Source: Leptospiraceae bacterium (lineage in GTDB: Bacteria; Spirochaetota; Leptospiria; Leptospirales; Leptonemataceae). From it: a stretch of DNA of 64,000 nucleotides. The notes under the pieces were generated by a model that did not search any database, was not told the DNA's origin, and worked only from the letters and a program-made list of their open reading frames with translations. Of this stretch, positions 10,905 through 20,903 are shown piece by piece (position 1 is the first letter of the stretch; each line of letters opens with the position of its first letter). Position numbers and translations under genes: made by a program. The stretch lies in contig JAVJNR010000003.1 of assembly GCA_040217195.1 (NCBI GenBank), positions 224,001 to 288,000 of the forward strand. Direction: 5' to 3'.

Positions 10905-11603
10905 ATGACTTCTAGACTCCAGCCTCGATCGTTGATTAAAGCCGTTGTCCCCGGGGCCACGCCCGGGTTTTACTCAAGTGTTGCCTTCTCGTCCTTCGAA
11001 ATTGCACAAAAATCCTGGCAACAATTACGATCCAATCTATCATGGCTTTTGGCACATTTGTCTGTATTGATCTTCGCTTCTGGCCTGGCGATGTTGCTAC
11101 AAGCGCCAGGGTCGCTCTCAGCCCAAACGCTCACAATACAAAGATCGTCCTCTTCCATTACCTTTCAGATAGGCTCCTTCTGGGGCGATGTGGATGGTAG
11201 ATTTAATACCTGGGATTCCAGTGTAACCGTCAGTTCAGATTTTTCGCGGAGCTCCGGACAGGTCACCATCCAGATTGCATCCATTGATACGAATAATAGC
11301 GGCCGCGATGAACACCTGAGGGATCCAGATTTTTTTGCCGCCAGTCAATTTCCCACAGCCACCTACGTACTGAAATCAATAACTTCGGATGAGAATTCTG
11401 TAACCACCGATGGCACAATTACTATTCGCGGAACGTCCAGGCCATTGCAGATCGTATTCAAAAAACAGCAATCCGCCGGGAATATTCGTCTTAACGGCAG
11501 CTTCAGCATTAACCGTAAATCTTTTGGAATCAGCTATGACTCAATAATGAATCCAATCGATGATAATGTCCGGATCAATCTATCCATTCTTCTAACGAAA
11601 TAG
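10905..11603 (+). CDS. YceI family lipid/polyisoprenoid-binding protein; start uncertain
   Basis: VDGRF, IASIDTNNSGRDEHLRDPDFF, GTITIRG, INRKSFGI. Confidence 0.88.
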   Translation: MTSRLQPRSLIKAVVPGATPGFYSSVAFSSFEIAQKSWQQLRSNLSWLLAHLSVLIFASGLAMLLQAPGSLSAQTLTIQRSSSSITFQIGSFWGDVDGRFNTWDSSVTVSSDFSRSSGQVTIQIASIDTNNSGRDEHLRDPDFFAASQFPTATYVLKSITSDENSVTTDGTITIRGTSRPLQIVFKKQQSAGNIRLNGSFSINRKSFGISYDSIMNPIDDNVRINLSILLTK

Positions 11604-11720
11604 TATTCGCGTTTGAGGATTTACTCGGGTCTGCAGCCTGGATGCGAATTTGCCTCAAAACACTTTCGGCTGATGGTATAATGAATGCTAATTGGCCCTT
11701 CCAGGTAAGGGCTCTCTGAA

Positions 11721-12854
11721 TCAGCGAATGCCTTTCCGTGACAACAGAGCGGGCCAGCCAAATCCAGGAATATGATAGGTCATCACTTCCGGGTTACGGA
11801 GCATGGCCACAGCGTAACTTTCATTGCTATGCTCCATGCGAATCTTCTTTTTATCACTTTCCTCCAGGAATCTTCTTTCATGTTCATTAAATAGTAGAGG
11901 CCAGCCTGTTGGTAATATGTAGGCCAGTTTGTCCCGGTTCTCCCACCAAAGGTCAGCCAATTCCTCCAGAGCGTAGGGATCCCTTCCATGCTCTTCTACA
12001 GCTTTGTTCAATTCCTTCTGAAAGTGATCCTGCACCACTCCATGCAACCGGTTCATTTCTTTCTGACTAATCCTATCATAGCTCTCCTCAGTCAGCTCGC
12101 GCAGCCGAATTCTGCTACCCATCACATACGTCAGCTTCGCAGGCATACCGAAGTAAAAGGACCAGGGAAGTAGAGAAACAAGGGTTGTGAGCGGCCCCAC
12201 CGGCAGGAAAGGCAAACCGATTTTCTGCACTATGCGATTCAGCATCTCCACTCGATATCCATAGGGATTGATGTATTCTCCATTTACAGTAAGAACCGGC
12301 ACAATATCTGTATGATACTTCAGTGCCATGCGAATCATACTATTGGAGAATCTCTGAAGTTGGTACCGATGATCGAAACCTTTACCTATGCCTGCAATTC
12401 CTTCGGGATAGATCACTACTGCCTGGTGTGGACGATTGGTAAGAGCATCGAAATTTCGCAGAGTGGCATCTACACCCCCTATTCGGTGCCAGAAGTTATC
12501 GATGAAAAAAGGATGCATCACTCGCATACGAGAAAGAGCCGGAGCAATTAAGGCCCGCACAGGGTGCTTTTCACTGTAACCCTGCATTCTGTAAAGGGTG
12601 GATGCAAATACCAGAGCATCCCAGGGGAAAGCCATACCGGAGTGATTGCCCGCATAAATGAGCGGAGCTTCCTTTGTTTCCGTATGAGGTAATGTATCAA
12701 AACCAATCAGACGCGCACGGAAGTAATACTTGTCCAGAAAATCCAGGACGTTTCGACAAATGCTGGCTGTGTATTCCGGATCATAGTATTGATCAATGGT
12801 ATCCAGTCTGGATTGCTGGATTCTCTGATTTATCTCCGATTCGCTTCTGGCCAT
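11721..12854 (-). CDS. lysophospholipid/glycerol acyltransferase family protein
   Basis: NHSGMAFPWD (HxxxxD-type motif), IYPEG, IVPV. Confidence 0.85.
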   Translation of the reverse strand: MARSESEINQRIQQSRLDTIDQYYDPEYTASICRNVLDFLDKYYFRARLIGFDTLPHTETKEAPLIYAGNHSGMAFPWDALVFASTLYRMQGYSEKHPVRALIAPALSRMRVMHPFFIDNFWHRIGGVDATLRNFDALTNRPHQAVVIYPEGIAGIGKGFDHRYQLQRFSNSMIRMALKYHTDIVPVLTVNGEYINPYGYRVEMLNRIVQKIGLPFLPVGPLTTLVSLLPWSFYFGMPAKLTYVMGSRIRLRELTEESYDRISQKEMNRLHGVVQDHFQKELNKAVEEHGRDPYALEELADLWWENRDKLAYILPTGWPLLFNEHERRFLEESDKKKIRMEHSNESYAVAMLRNPEVMTYHIPGFGWPALLSRKGIR

Positions 12855-13082
12855 AGCAGAACTTCTATTCCGGTAACAAATAAATCAAATCAATTTCTCA
12901 GATTAATAGACAGGATTGATGCTACGCACCACAGATAGGCGCTGTACATACTGAGCGCTGCTTGACCGATTGGTAGAGGCCGGGTAATGGTTTGACTCTA
13001 TTCTGGAATCCACCATCCTAGAATCGCTGATAGGACCAAAGGAATTGATCGCCGGTAGTCCGGCGCGAAGGCGGATTCATAG

Positions 13083-13760
13083 ATGGAAGGCACAGACAAA
13101 GCAAGACAGTTAATTGATGATAGAGAGCAGGCGCCGGACAACCTGGACAGAGCCGAAACAACCCTCAAAGAAATAATCCGGACCGATGCCAGCAATGCTC
13201 GGGCCCATGGATTACTCAGCGAAATCCAGTACTGGAGAGGCGAAATTAACAACGAAGACCTGATGGATATATATCAACTGGGTGTGGAATACGGCAAGAA
13301 GGGAGTGGAACTGGACGAAAACAATATTGAATCCCAGTTCTGGCTTTCCGTCAATTATGGGTTTTACGGCGAAGCTCGCGGCATTCTCAGTAGCCTGTTC
13401 TTAATTGATCCAATCGAAAATGCAATCAACAAATCTCTGCAGATTGATGAATCCTATTTTTTTGGCGGTCCGCACCGAGCCATGGGCTGGTTCCTCCATC
13501 GTGTTCCTCCATGGCCTCTGGGCAAGGGAGATAACCGCAAAGGTCTGATGCATCTGGAAAAAGCTCTGGAGTTTGGTCCAGACTTCTACCTGAATCGTCT
13601 CTATATCGCACAGGTTCTAATTGCACTTCGAGACAGGGAGGGAGCCCGGCAGCATCTGGAATGGGTCCTGAATGCACCTATTTCGAGTAAGCATCCAGCC
13701 GAGGACAAAAAATATAAGGACCAGGCAGGACAGATCATGGAGAGCTCACGGCTTTCTTAA
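13083..13760 (+). CDS. TPR-like helical protein (TatT/BstC-like)
   Basis: Helical repeats; YFFGGPHRAMG, VPPWP-GDN, HLEKAL. Confidence 0.7.
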   Translation: MEGTDKARQLIDDREQAPDNLDRAETTLKEIIRTDASNARAHGLLSEIQYWRGEINNEDLMDIYQLGVEYGKKGVELDENNIESQFWLSVNYGFYGEARGILSSLFLIDPIENAINKSLQIDESYFFGGPHRAMGWFLHRVPPWPLGKGDNRKGLMHLEKALEFGPDFYLNRLYIAQVLIALRDREGARQHLEWVLNAPISSKHPAEDKKYKDQAGQIMESSRLS

Positions 13761-13907
13761 AAGCGCTTTTGAATTTCCCCGTGAAATGAAGATACCGTTT
13801 CATAGGGTTCGGATAGTAATGAGTCATTTGCCCATTTTTTGAATCTGCAGTCTCGCAAATCGGTTCCGCTGCCTCTCGGCACAATTCCCTTAAAACCACC
13901 TGGAGCC

Positions 13908-14645
13908 CTATCCTCGAGGCACCGCCACTTCAAGATATTCCCGCACTCCTTCGCCATACTCCAGTCTGCCATAGATCTCAAATCGTTCTGCCCTGTCTGG
14001 GGACCACCAGTAGGATCCCTGATTGCAATCATGATAAGCCTTGAACAGAATCTTCCAACCACCCAGTGCCTCGATCTTGTTTTCCAGTTCTCGAATCCTG
14101 GAATCCCGGTCTGCGCGATGAATCTTTCTATGCGTTGCATAAAAAGGACGAATCATAGGCTGATAGTAATAGGGAGTGGAAAAACGATAACCTTTAATCC
14201 TTGCGCGATAGCGAGAGTCAACTATCCGACCTCCCAGGTCTCGCAACGGTTGAAAGACACCGAATTCAAAGAGTTTCTTGTAATGTTCGGGAAGCTCCCA
14301 TTTTTCATGGCGAACAATCTGTAGCTCGGGCTCCAGTGTTTCGTACTGCCTGGATTTTCTTCGATAGCGAAAATCCTTTCTGTGTGAACGAATGCTATGA
14401 TTGATGTGCTTTAGAATCTCCGCGAAAGTAGAGGCATCCTTCCGAGCGGCCACATCTGCTCGTAATTCAAAGGTCTGCTCCCAGCCGGCACGGACAGGCT
14501 TTTCCAGCTCGATCCAGTCTTTAAGTTCTGCCTCAGGATCCCGATATTTACCCTGACGTCGAAGACGCAGATACTCATCCTGTAGCTTTCGCAGTTCCTG
14601 ATTGTGCTTCTCTAAAAAGAACTTTCGCTGTCTTCGACTTTCCAT
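13908..14645 (-). CDS. hypothetical, highly basic protein
   Basis: Long Arg/Lys-rich ORF; ATG at 14645. Confidence 0.7.
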   Translation of the reverse strand: MESRRQRKFFLEKHNQELRKLQDEYLRLRRQGKYRDPEAELKDWIELEKPVRAGWEQTFELRADVAARKDASTFAEILKHINHSIRSHRKDFRYRRKSRQYETLEPELQIVRHEKWELPEHYKKLFEFGVFQPLRDLGGRIVDSRYRARIKGYRFSTPYYYQPMIRPFYATHRKIHRADRDSRIRELENKIEALGGWKILFKAYHDCNQGSYWWSPDRAERFEIYGRLEYGEGVREYLEVAVPRG

Positions 14646-14863
14646 AATGCCAGCTACCGGGGAAATCAAAACCAGAATGCGAATAAGCCCTGCCAGGGGT
14701 CCATCGAAAAATCTGGGCCTCTATCAAAGCATTTCAGAAAGCCTCTGGAGCGGATGTGGATGCAATAGTAGGCGCAAAAACCGCCGGTGCTTTTTTCCAA
14801 CAAACTACGCGATTCTTCTGCGCTATCCGAACTGAAAGGGTAAATGCAATCTGGATAAATCCA

Positions 14864-15925
14864 TTAATCGCAGACTGAGATCATGACATTATCATTTAAG
14901 GCAGGGCTTACAGCCACAAATGTACCGCTTCCGTAAGCAATGGACAACCAGGCATGATCGTTGGGCGCCTGTTGCGAAGTCCAGTTTGTTCCATCCGGGG
15001 TAACCATGATGCTGTCTGTGGTTGCGCTCGCCGAAACAGATACAAACAGTCCATCGCCGTACGTTACCGTACTCCACATCTCGGGTGCAACGGCTGAATG
15101 AAAGTCCCAGTCAGCTCCATTGCTGGAACTCATAGTTGTGCTGCCAAGTTCTACTCCGACGAATTTCCCGTTCCCGTATACCACGTCCCACCAGGTAGCG
15201 CTTCCTGCTATCTGAGCCGTCCAATTGATTCCATCGGAGGAGGTCATTACCCGGTTGGTCCCGTCGCTAGATACGGCTACGAATAGTCCATCGCCAAAAG
15301 TGACATTGTTCCAGCTATTAAGTTCTGCGGCCGAATGAGAAGTCCAGCTGATCCCATCGATGGAGCGCATGACTCGATTCGCTCCGTCAGAGGATACGGC
15401 CACGTAGATTCCATTTCCGTAGGCTATAGAGGTCCAGCTATTGGCGGCTGCTGCCGTTCTAGCAGTCCAATTAAAGCCATCCGCGGATGTCATAACTCGA
15501 TTAGAACCATCCGATGACACAGCCACAAAAAGTCCATTTCCGTATATGATCCCGGCCCAGCTATTTCCTTCTGCGGAGGACCAGGGTGACCATTCAACCC
15601 CCGTAGTGGATGTCATGACCTGGTTTGAACCGCCGGAGGAAAGGGCGACGAACAGACCATTTCCAAAAGTTACTGCCGTCCAGAAGTTAGGTTCCGTCGC
15701 CGAATACGGGGTCCAGACCGTACCGTCGTCCGAGCAATCAATGGGCGGAAAGAGGGTCAGGGCGGCAAACAGTAGGAGATTACTGGAATCTTCTACTGCA
15801 TCGGAATCCATGCCTTGAACCAGGGGATGCGCCACACATTGAACAGCCATTGCGGTGGTTAGAAGCAGGAGTACCAGGTGCCTGAGCGCCAGAATTTTCC
15901 GGTGTTTATAAATGAAAGGTGCCAT
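14864..15925 (-). CDS. putative lipoprotein with seven ~41-aa repeats (predicted 7-bladed beta-propeller)
   Basis: Repeats of WxxV(T/A)YGNGLFVAVSSDGxNRVMTSxDGxxW; lipobox-like AVQC. Confidence 0.85.
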   Translation of the reverse strand: MAPFIYKHRKILALRHLVLLLLTTAMAVQCVAHPLVQGMDSDAVEDSSNLLLFAALTLFPPIDCSDDGTVWTPYSATEPNFWTAVTFGNGLFVALSSGGSNQVMTSTTGVEWSPWSSAEGNSWAGIIYGNGLFVAVSSDGSNRVMTSADGFNWTARTAAAANSWTSIAYGNGIYVAVSSDGANRVMRSIDGISWTSHSAAELNSWNNVTFGDGLFVAVSSDGTNRVMTSSDGINWTAQIAGSATWWDVVYGNGKFVGVELGSTTMSSSNGADWDFHSAVAPEMWSTVTYGDGLFVSVSASATTDSIMVTPDGTNWTSQQAPNDHAWLSIAYGSGTFVAVSPALNDNVMISVCD

Positions 15926-16043
15926 GGTCCTGCCTTTTCGCTGCCTGCACGGGCAGCGACATTGCTGCAATGGTAGGCTCCCCCCATCATCCCAGACTGT
16001 ATTCAGGAACCTGGCAAGCCCTTTTGTGAGAATCGGATCCTGA

Positions 16044-16451
16044 TTAGTTTTCTGGTTTCGCGCCGGGAAACCACTCTACATGCATGTCACAGGATCGGCC
16101 AAAATAGACCGCCCTCTTGCCAGCGAGAGATACAAAGTAGCCCACGCAGCCTGCCTGTGCAATCCTCTTGCAAAACTCTCTGTATCGGATTTCCTGGCTC
16201 TGACTTGCACGAATGGCCTGCTCAATGCCTGCCGCGGAGAAAGTCATGGCCGGATTCGGATATTGTTGGCACTGCACCGATTCCCAGGATCCGTCCGCCA
16301 AATAGTAAATCCTGGTGGAGGTGAGCATGTCTGCATAGTAGCGCTCCACTCCGGCTTCCATCAAGCTTCGCACAATCTCTGGAAAAGGCAATCTCTCCTG
16401 ATCGGAGGCAAGGGTCATTTCCCGGACCAATTCTTTTACATTTTGTTCCAT
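16044..16451 (-). CDS. DUF1398 family protein
   Basis: FPEIVRSLMEAGVERYYAD, AGCVGYFVSL-GKRAVYFGR; CAGGAG RBS. Confidence 0.85.
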   Translation of the reverse strand: MEQNVKELVREMTLASDQERLPFPEIVRSLMEAGVERYYADMLTSTRIYYLADGSWESVQCQQYPNPAMTFSAAGIEQAIRASQSQEIRYREFCKRIAQAGCVGYFVSLAGKRAVYFGRSCDMHVEWFPGAKPEN

Positions 16452-16545
16452 ACGATTCTCCTGAATCAAATTTTCAATTCCTTCCAGAACTCGCCCGGGC
16501 GGGAACATTCCTGATACGCACAGAACCCCTCAAGACCTGGCTTGC

Positions 16546-17004
16546 TTATCCAATGGGTTTGGATTTTAGACCTTTCATTTGAACAATTTCTTCCATAGCG
16601 CACTGAATCATTTTGCGAATTTCAGGCTCTAAATGGCCAAAGTACTCTTCATCGTTTTGATCTGCCAGCCTGGAAAGCACAGGGATCAGTTGTCTGCCCC
16701 GGGCATTGAGCTTCAAACAATGCGCCCTTCCATCCTCTTCCTGATTTCTGTCAATCAGTCCTTTATTCAGCAAACGCTCCGAAAGCTTGGAAATGGCCCC
16801 ACGGGTCAAACCCAGGCTCTGGGCCAATTGGCCGGGCCTGGATTCGCCATCGTAGAGCTGTCTGAGTAGAACCCATTCGGCTACGGTTACCCCTTTTGCC
16901 TGCACCTTCTGCGCAAACGAATGGGATACCTGATTCGATACATACCTAAGCCAGTAACCGAGATGGACCTCCAGACCGCTGATTTCCTTGTTCTTTCCCT
17001 TCAT
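16546..17004 (-). CDS. MarR family transcriptional regulator
   Basis: LAQSLGLTRGAISKL...DGRA...L..RG winged helix. Confidence 0.92.
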   Translation of the reverse strand: MKGKNKEISGLEVHLGYWLRYVSNQVSHSFAQKVQAKGVTVAEWVLLRQLYDGESRPGQLAQSLGLTRGAISKLSERLLNKGLIDRNQEEDGRAHCLKLNARGRQLIPVLSRLADQNDEEYFGHLEPEIRKMIQCAMEEIVQMKGLKSKPIG

Positions 17005-17303
17005 GCAAGACCTGAAACAGGATGGACTCCCCATTTAGTTTCCTAGTCAACATTTATATTGCATCCGGGTCGATTTTTGAAGTATTCGTACAGGGTTATG
17101 GACAGAAAGGATGCGCTTACCTGGATGAGGCCATGGCTCTTGCCCTGCTCAGTATTCCATGTCCAGGCTACTATGCGAAACAGTTGCCATCTAAATCAAG
17201 CCTCTGTGACCGTTTGTCTGGAGATATTTTCGGATTCAAAAGGGGCCGAATGGATCCCGGGCCCAATGAGAGAATCAAAACCTTCGATTTTCACACCATG
17301 GGA

Positions 17304-18449
17304 TTACTGCTGAATGGCTCTTTTATTCTTGAGCATCTTTCCCGCCAGCGCATAGCCTCCATCAGCCGAATCTACAAAATGCACTTCTCGATGGGAACCC
17401 ATATGTAGCAGACAGGTTAGCAAGGCTCGGTTGCTTTCATGAATCCCGTATAGAATTTTGCCTTCGCGCTCAAGGCCGTCGAGATATTCAATCAAAGCTG
17501 AAAGACTCTGCTGGTCTGCATTCAGTGTGGTTTTCAGTGAACCATCGAATTTGTAATAATCGCTGGAAAGCATTTGATATTCATCCAATCGTTTCAACTC
17601 ATACCAGCCAGACTTGAGCGGCAAGCCGAACTTCATGGCGATGGCACATGCGAACCGCTCCAGGTGAATTCGCATTAGAGTGGCCAGGTAGGTCAGCTTG
17701 CTACGACCGATTGTTTGTGCCTTTCCTTCCCGTTTCAGATCATTTGATCCGCCTAGCTGAATTCCATCTAGATGCAGGGGGTTGGATTCACCCAGGATGC
17801 GCTTCATGGCCTCCTGTAGATTTCGCAAATCCTGGGCAGGAAATTCTGCCTGCTTAAACTCTACCACCAGGGAAAAGGTTATGGGTTTCTTTCCTGGAAT
17901 GTCCTGCCAGCGACAGGTAAATCCCTGAAAGCTGGCTACGGTTTCAGGTTTCTCCTCGGAGATCATATAGGGGATTGCGAAATCTGTTTTTAGCAGTGAT
18001 TCTGCATCCCGAATGCCTCCGGATATAATGGCCTGATCATAGTATTCGGAAACCCGCAATCGAGCCACCTGAATAGGAGGAAGAACCTGAACCGGAAACA
18101 GGGCCACTCTTAAAGACAGATCATAGAGCTCTTTTACTTTGTTCGCCGTATCTGCAAGGACAGACTTCAAATCCTCTTGCTTACTTTGAGGAGGGAGTAG
18201 CAAAGCCATGCCATCGCCACCGAATACAAAAGGATAATCCAGACCGCCCATATAGTTGGCCACAGCAATCACGGCCAGGGCACCTGCAATGTTTACCTCT
18301 TTATAGCGTCCATCCTGAATAGCCGCTGTGCTGTTCACTACGTCCGTCATGACCAGACTCCAGTCATGGGGCACTGCCTTATAGAAAGAAGTATCCCCAA
18401 TCTGGTCATAGGCCTCCATGGGCCTCAGATCGTTGAAGAATGAATTCAT
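17304..18449 (-). CDS. DUF3095 family protein
   Basis: VPHDW, TDVVNSTAAI, GRYKEVN, PFVFGGDG, CRW, HFVDSADGGYALA. Confidence 0.88.
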   Translation of the reverse strand: MNSFFNDLRPMEAYDQIGDTSFYKAVPHDWSLVMTDVVNSTAAIQDGRYKEVNIAGALAVIAVANYMGGLDYPFVFGGDGMALLLPPQSKQEDLKSVLADTANKVKELYDLSLRVALFPVQVLPPIQVARLRVSEYYDQAIISGGIRDAESLLKTDFAIPYMISEEKPETVASFQGFTCRWQDIPGKKPITFSLVVEFKQAEFPAQDLRNLQEAMKRILGESNPLHLDGIQLGGSNDLKREGKAQTIGRSKLTYLATLMRIHLERFACAIAMKFGLPLKSGWYELKRLDEYQMLSSDYYKFDGSLKTTLNADQQSLSALIEYLDGLEREGKILYGIHESNRALLTCLLHMGSHREVHFVDSADGGYALAGKMLKNKRAIQQ

Positions 18450-18651
18450 AACCAGAATCTGAATACCCGGAGGTGAATTACAACGAGAAAGTCAGACAGT
18501 CTGGCAGTTTGCAGTATTCACAGTTCAACAAGCTGGAGGTTGATTACCCGGTGGATGCACCAACCAATTAGTTTTGCCTTGCAGTTGGCAGGCCAATGGA
18601 TCTATTCCGGGGGCACAGGGAGACCAGCTTCGGGTACTCCCTGCCCGGATT

Positions 18652-19170
18652 TCAGAAATCGTCTCTTACGACATACAATGGAAAAGCTGGCTGACCGATA
18701 GGCTTCATGGCCAACGAAATCAACAAGGTCTCATTGTCATCTGGCGCCACTCGATTGGGGCGAATCTCCCCACATCCGCAACAGCGATGCAGGAGCACCC
18801 ATTCTCCGCTGCGAACCCAGATGGCGATGGGTTCCATCAGACTTTTACAGTTTGATGAACGATCTCCTGGGCTGACATCCAGATGAACACTATGCAAACA
18901 CAATGGACAATGATTTCTCTGTTTTGTTCCGGATTCGGGGATACCGATGACATGCTTGCAGTTTCTGCATCGGAACTCCCGGGACGGCCTTCGCCGATCG
19001 GACAGGGATAGCTTCGATTCCGATTGTGCATCCGGGTCCGAGAATGGCCGCAAGCCTCCCCCTGCAGACAAACCATATTCTGATTCGTCGTCAAAACCAG
19101 GCTTTCGCCTGCTCTGTTTTCTTTTCCTAGAATTCCTGGAGTAACCTGCGAATTCTTCGTAGTCTTTCAT
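18652..19170 (-). CDS. RNHCP domain-containing protein
   Basis: FRCRNC...QRNHCPLCLHSVHLD..PGDR..C..LMEPI..HRC..CG..NRVA.DD. Confidence 0.93.
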   Translation of the reverse strand: MKDYEEFAGYSRNSRKRKQSRRKPGFDDESEYGLSAGGGLRPFSDPDAQSESKLSLSDRRRPSREFRCRNCKHVIGIPESGTKQRNHCPLCLHSVHLDVSPGDRSSNCKSLMEPIAIWVRSGEWVLLHRCCGCGEIRPNRVAPDDNETLLISLAMKPIGQPAFPLYVVRDDF

Positions 19171-19345
19171 GAAACCCTGTGGCGCATAGGATCACCGGTC
19201 GCTACCGGCGATGGCTTCAAGGGGCCCGCAGAGAGATTCCTTCGCCTGCATCCAACGGGGATGGCCAGATCATAGATTCCGTTCAGCGCGACGAGGGTCC
19301 GATCCACGGACCCTATTACAGGGTGGCTAGATGTGTCATAAAAAT
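19171..19345 (-). promoter_or_regulatory. putative translational attenuator leader with 7-codon uORF MTHLATL (19339-19316)
   Basis: uORF ends TAA TAG. Hairpin AGGGTCC/GGACCCT at 19294-19314. uORF segment ACCCTGT is complementary to ACAGGGT just upstream of the RNHCP ATG. Confidence 0.5.
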
Positions 19346-19450
19346 CCGAAAAAGCTGAAGCTTCTATGCGAATGAGCTCAATTATTCAGGGAAAGTCAAG
19401 AAATTTAATACAGAATGGGTCGTTAGCATCTTCTCATTAGCAGCCGGCAC

Positions 19451-20059
19451 CTAGGCCATCAGACTGTCCAGAAATCTATCCAGCACAGCCTGCGCATCCG
19501 CCAGAGATTTCGCTTCCTGCTTTTGCTCGGCCAACCAGAGCGCGGCCTCATTCATGGCACCGCTTAGCATATAACTCAAGGCATCCAGAGGAAGTCTCTT
19601 AAGCACTCCTGAGTTCATTAGTTCTTCCAGTCCTTTGCGAAGCTCCCTTACACCGTTCTGTGCATCAATCCTTCTCCATTCATGCCATCCAAGTACGGCC
19701 GGACCGTCCACCAGGACAATCCTCCGCAGATCAGCCCTGGATGCGGTTTCCACAAAGGCATGGCACCCCAGGCGCAGCCCCTGCCACGGATCCTCCACAC
19801 TGCTGAAAGATTCTTCAATGGCGGCCAGAATCTCTCCCTGGGCCTCTTCCAGGACAGCGCGAAACAGATCCATTTTGTCCTCAAATTGATGATACAGAGC
19901 TCCCCGGGTTAGACCGGCCCGCCCTACCAGCTTTTCCAGCGATAAGCCAGCATAGCCTGCTCGTGCGAATTCGCTTCTGGCCAGCTTCATCAATCGCTTC
20001 CTGGTATCGGCTGCCTGCTGCTTCTTGGTTACCGGTCGTCTGGCTTTCTTTGTGGCCAT
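19451..20059 (-). CDS. TetR/AcrR family regulator
   Basis: FARAGYAG...AGLTRGALYHQFEDKMDLF; DGPAVLGW. Confidence 0.93.
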   Translation of the reverse strand: MATKKARRPVTKKQQAADTRKRLMKLARSEFARAGYAGLSLEKLVGRAGLTRGALYHQFEDKMDLFRAVLEEAQGEILAAIEESFSSVEDPWQGLRLGCHAFVETASRADLRRIVLVDGPAVLGWHEWRRIDAQNGVRELRKGLEELMNSGVLKRLPLDALSYMLSGAMNEAALWLAEQKQEAKSLADAQAVLDRFLDSLMA

Positions 20060-20161
20060 GCCCCAGTTGATTGCTGCTGGTCTCTCAGGCCATCCCTTTT
20101 CAAAATACATACATACTGTACGGAAAAACGCTTGCCCCAACCACTCCCTTGCATCTAATTA

Positions 20162-20184
20162 CACATACATACTGTATGTATGTG
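20162..20184. promoter_or_regulatory. TetR operator (perfect palindrome); partial second copy at about 20107-20122
   Basis: CACATACATAC-T-GTATGTATGTG between divergent TetR and VOC genes. Confidence 0.8.
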
Positions 20185-20341
20185 AGCAAACAAGTCTGAG
20201 ATCTAGATATGAGAAGAACCCGGGCGCCCTGGAGTGATAACATTGAATAACATGTCCGCCAGAGAACTGGCCAGCGAACAGAGCGGCCTCCATTCAGCGG
20301 AAAAACTCTTAGAGCTCGGAAAACAAAAAAGGAGAAAATCG

Positions 20342-20797
20342 ATGAATAAAAGTAAGATGAACATTCAGCTGGATAGTTTCTATCCTGTGCTTGGCACCGC
20401 CGACGTTGAGCGCTCCGCCGCATTCTACAGAGAGGTCATGGGCTTTCAGACCACCTTCGAAGCCGATTGGTACATAAGCCTCATTTCCGAAGATGGTCGC
20501 TTCCAGCTAGCTATTCTGGATTACTCGCATCCCAGTGTTCCAGAGGCATTTCGTCGTCCTACCACAGGCTTACTTCTGAATTTTGAAGTTCAGGATGTGG
20601 ACCAGCAATATGAACGGTTAAAAAAGCTTGGAAGGCCCATCCACCGGACGCTTCGCTCAGAAGATTGGGGTCAGAGACATTTCATCACCGAGGATCCGGA
20701 CGGTAATCTGATAGATATGATAACGGTCATCCCTCCAGACGGGACATATCGAGAAATGTATGATTCAACGGTGGCCGCCAAACTGAGTGAGGGATAG
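20342..20797 (+). CDS. VOC/glyoxalase family protein
   Basis: [43 protein letters not shown]. Confidence 0.92.
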   Translation: MNKSKMNIQLDSFYPVLGTADVERSAAFYREVMGFQTTFEADWYISLISEDGRFQLAILDYSHPSVPEAFRRPTTGLLLNFEVQDVDQQYERLKKLGRPIHRTLRSEDWGQRHFITEDPDGNLIDMITVIPPDGTYREMYDSTVAAKLSEG

Positions 20798-20813
20798 AAT
20801 CCATCAAATACCG

Positions 20814-20835
20814 GCCCTGGGATTGATTCCAGGGC
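20814..20835 (+). terminator. hairpin after the VOC gene
   Basis: GCCCTGGGA-TTGA-TTCCAGGGC. Confidence 0.45.
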
Positions 20836-20903
20836 TGAATTGAAAGTTACTTACTTTCGATTCCACAAAAAGGATTTACACCTCATGGAAGCTCCAGATC
20901 AGT

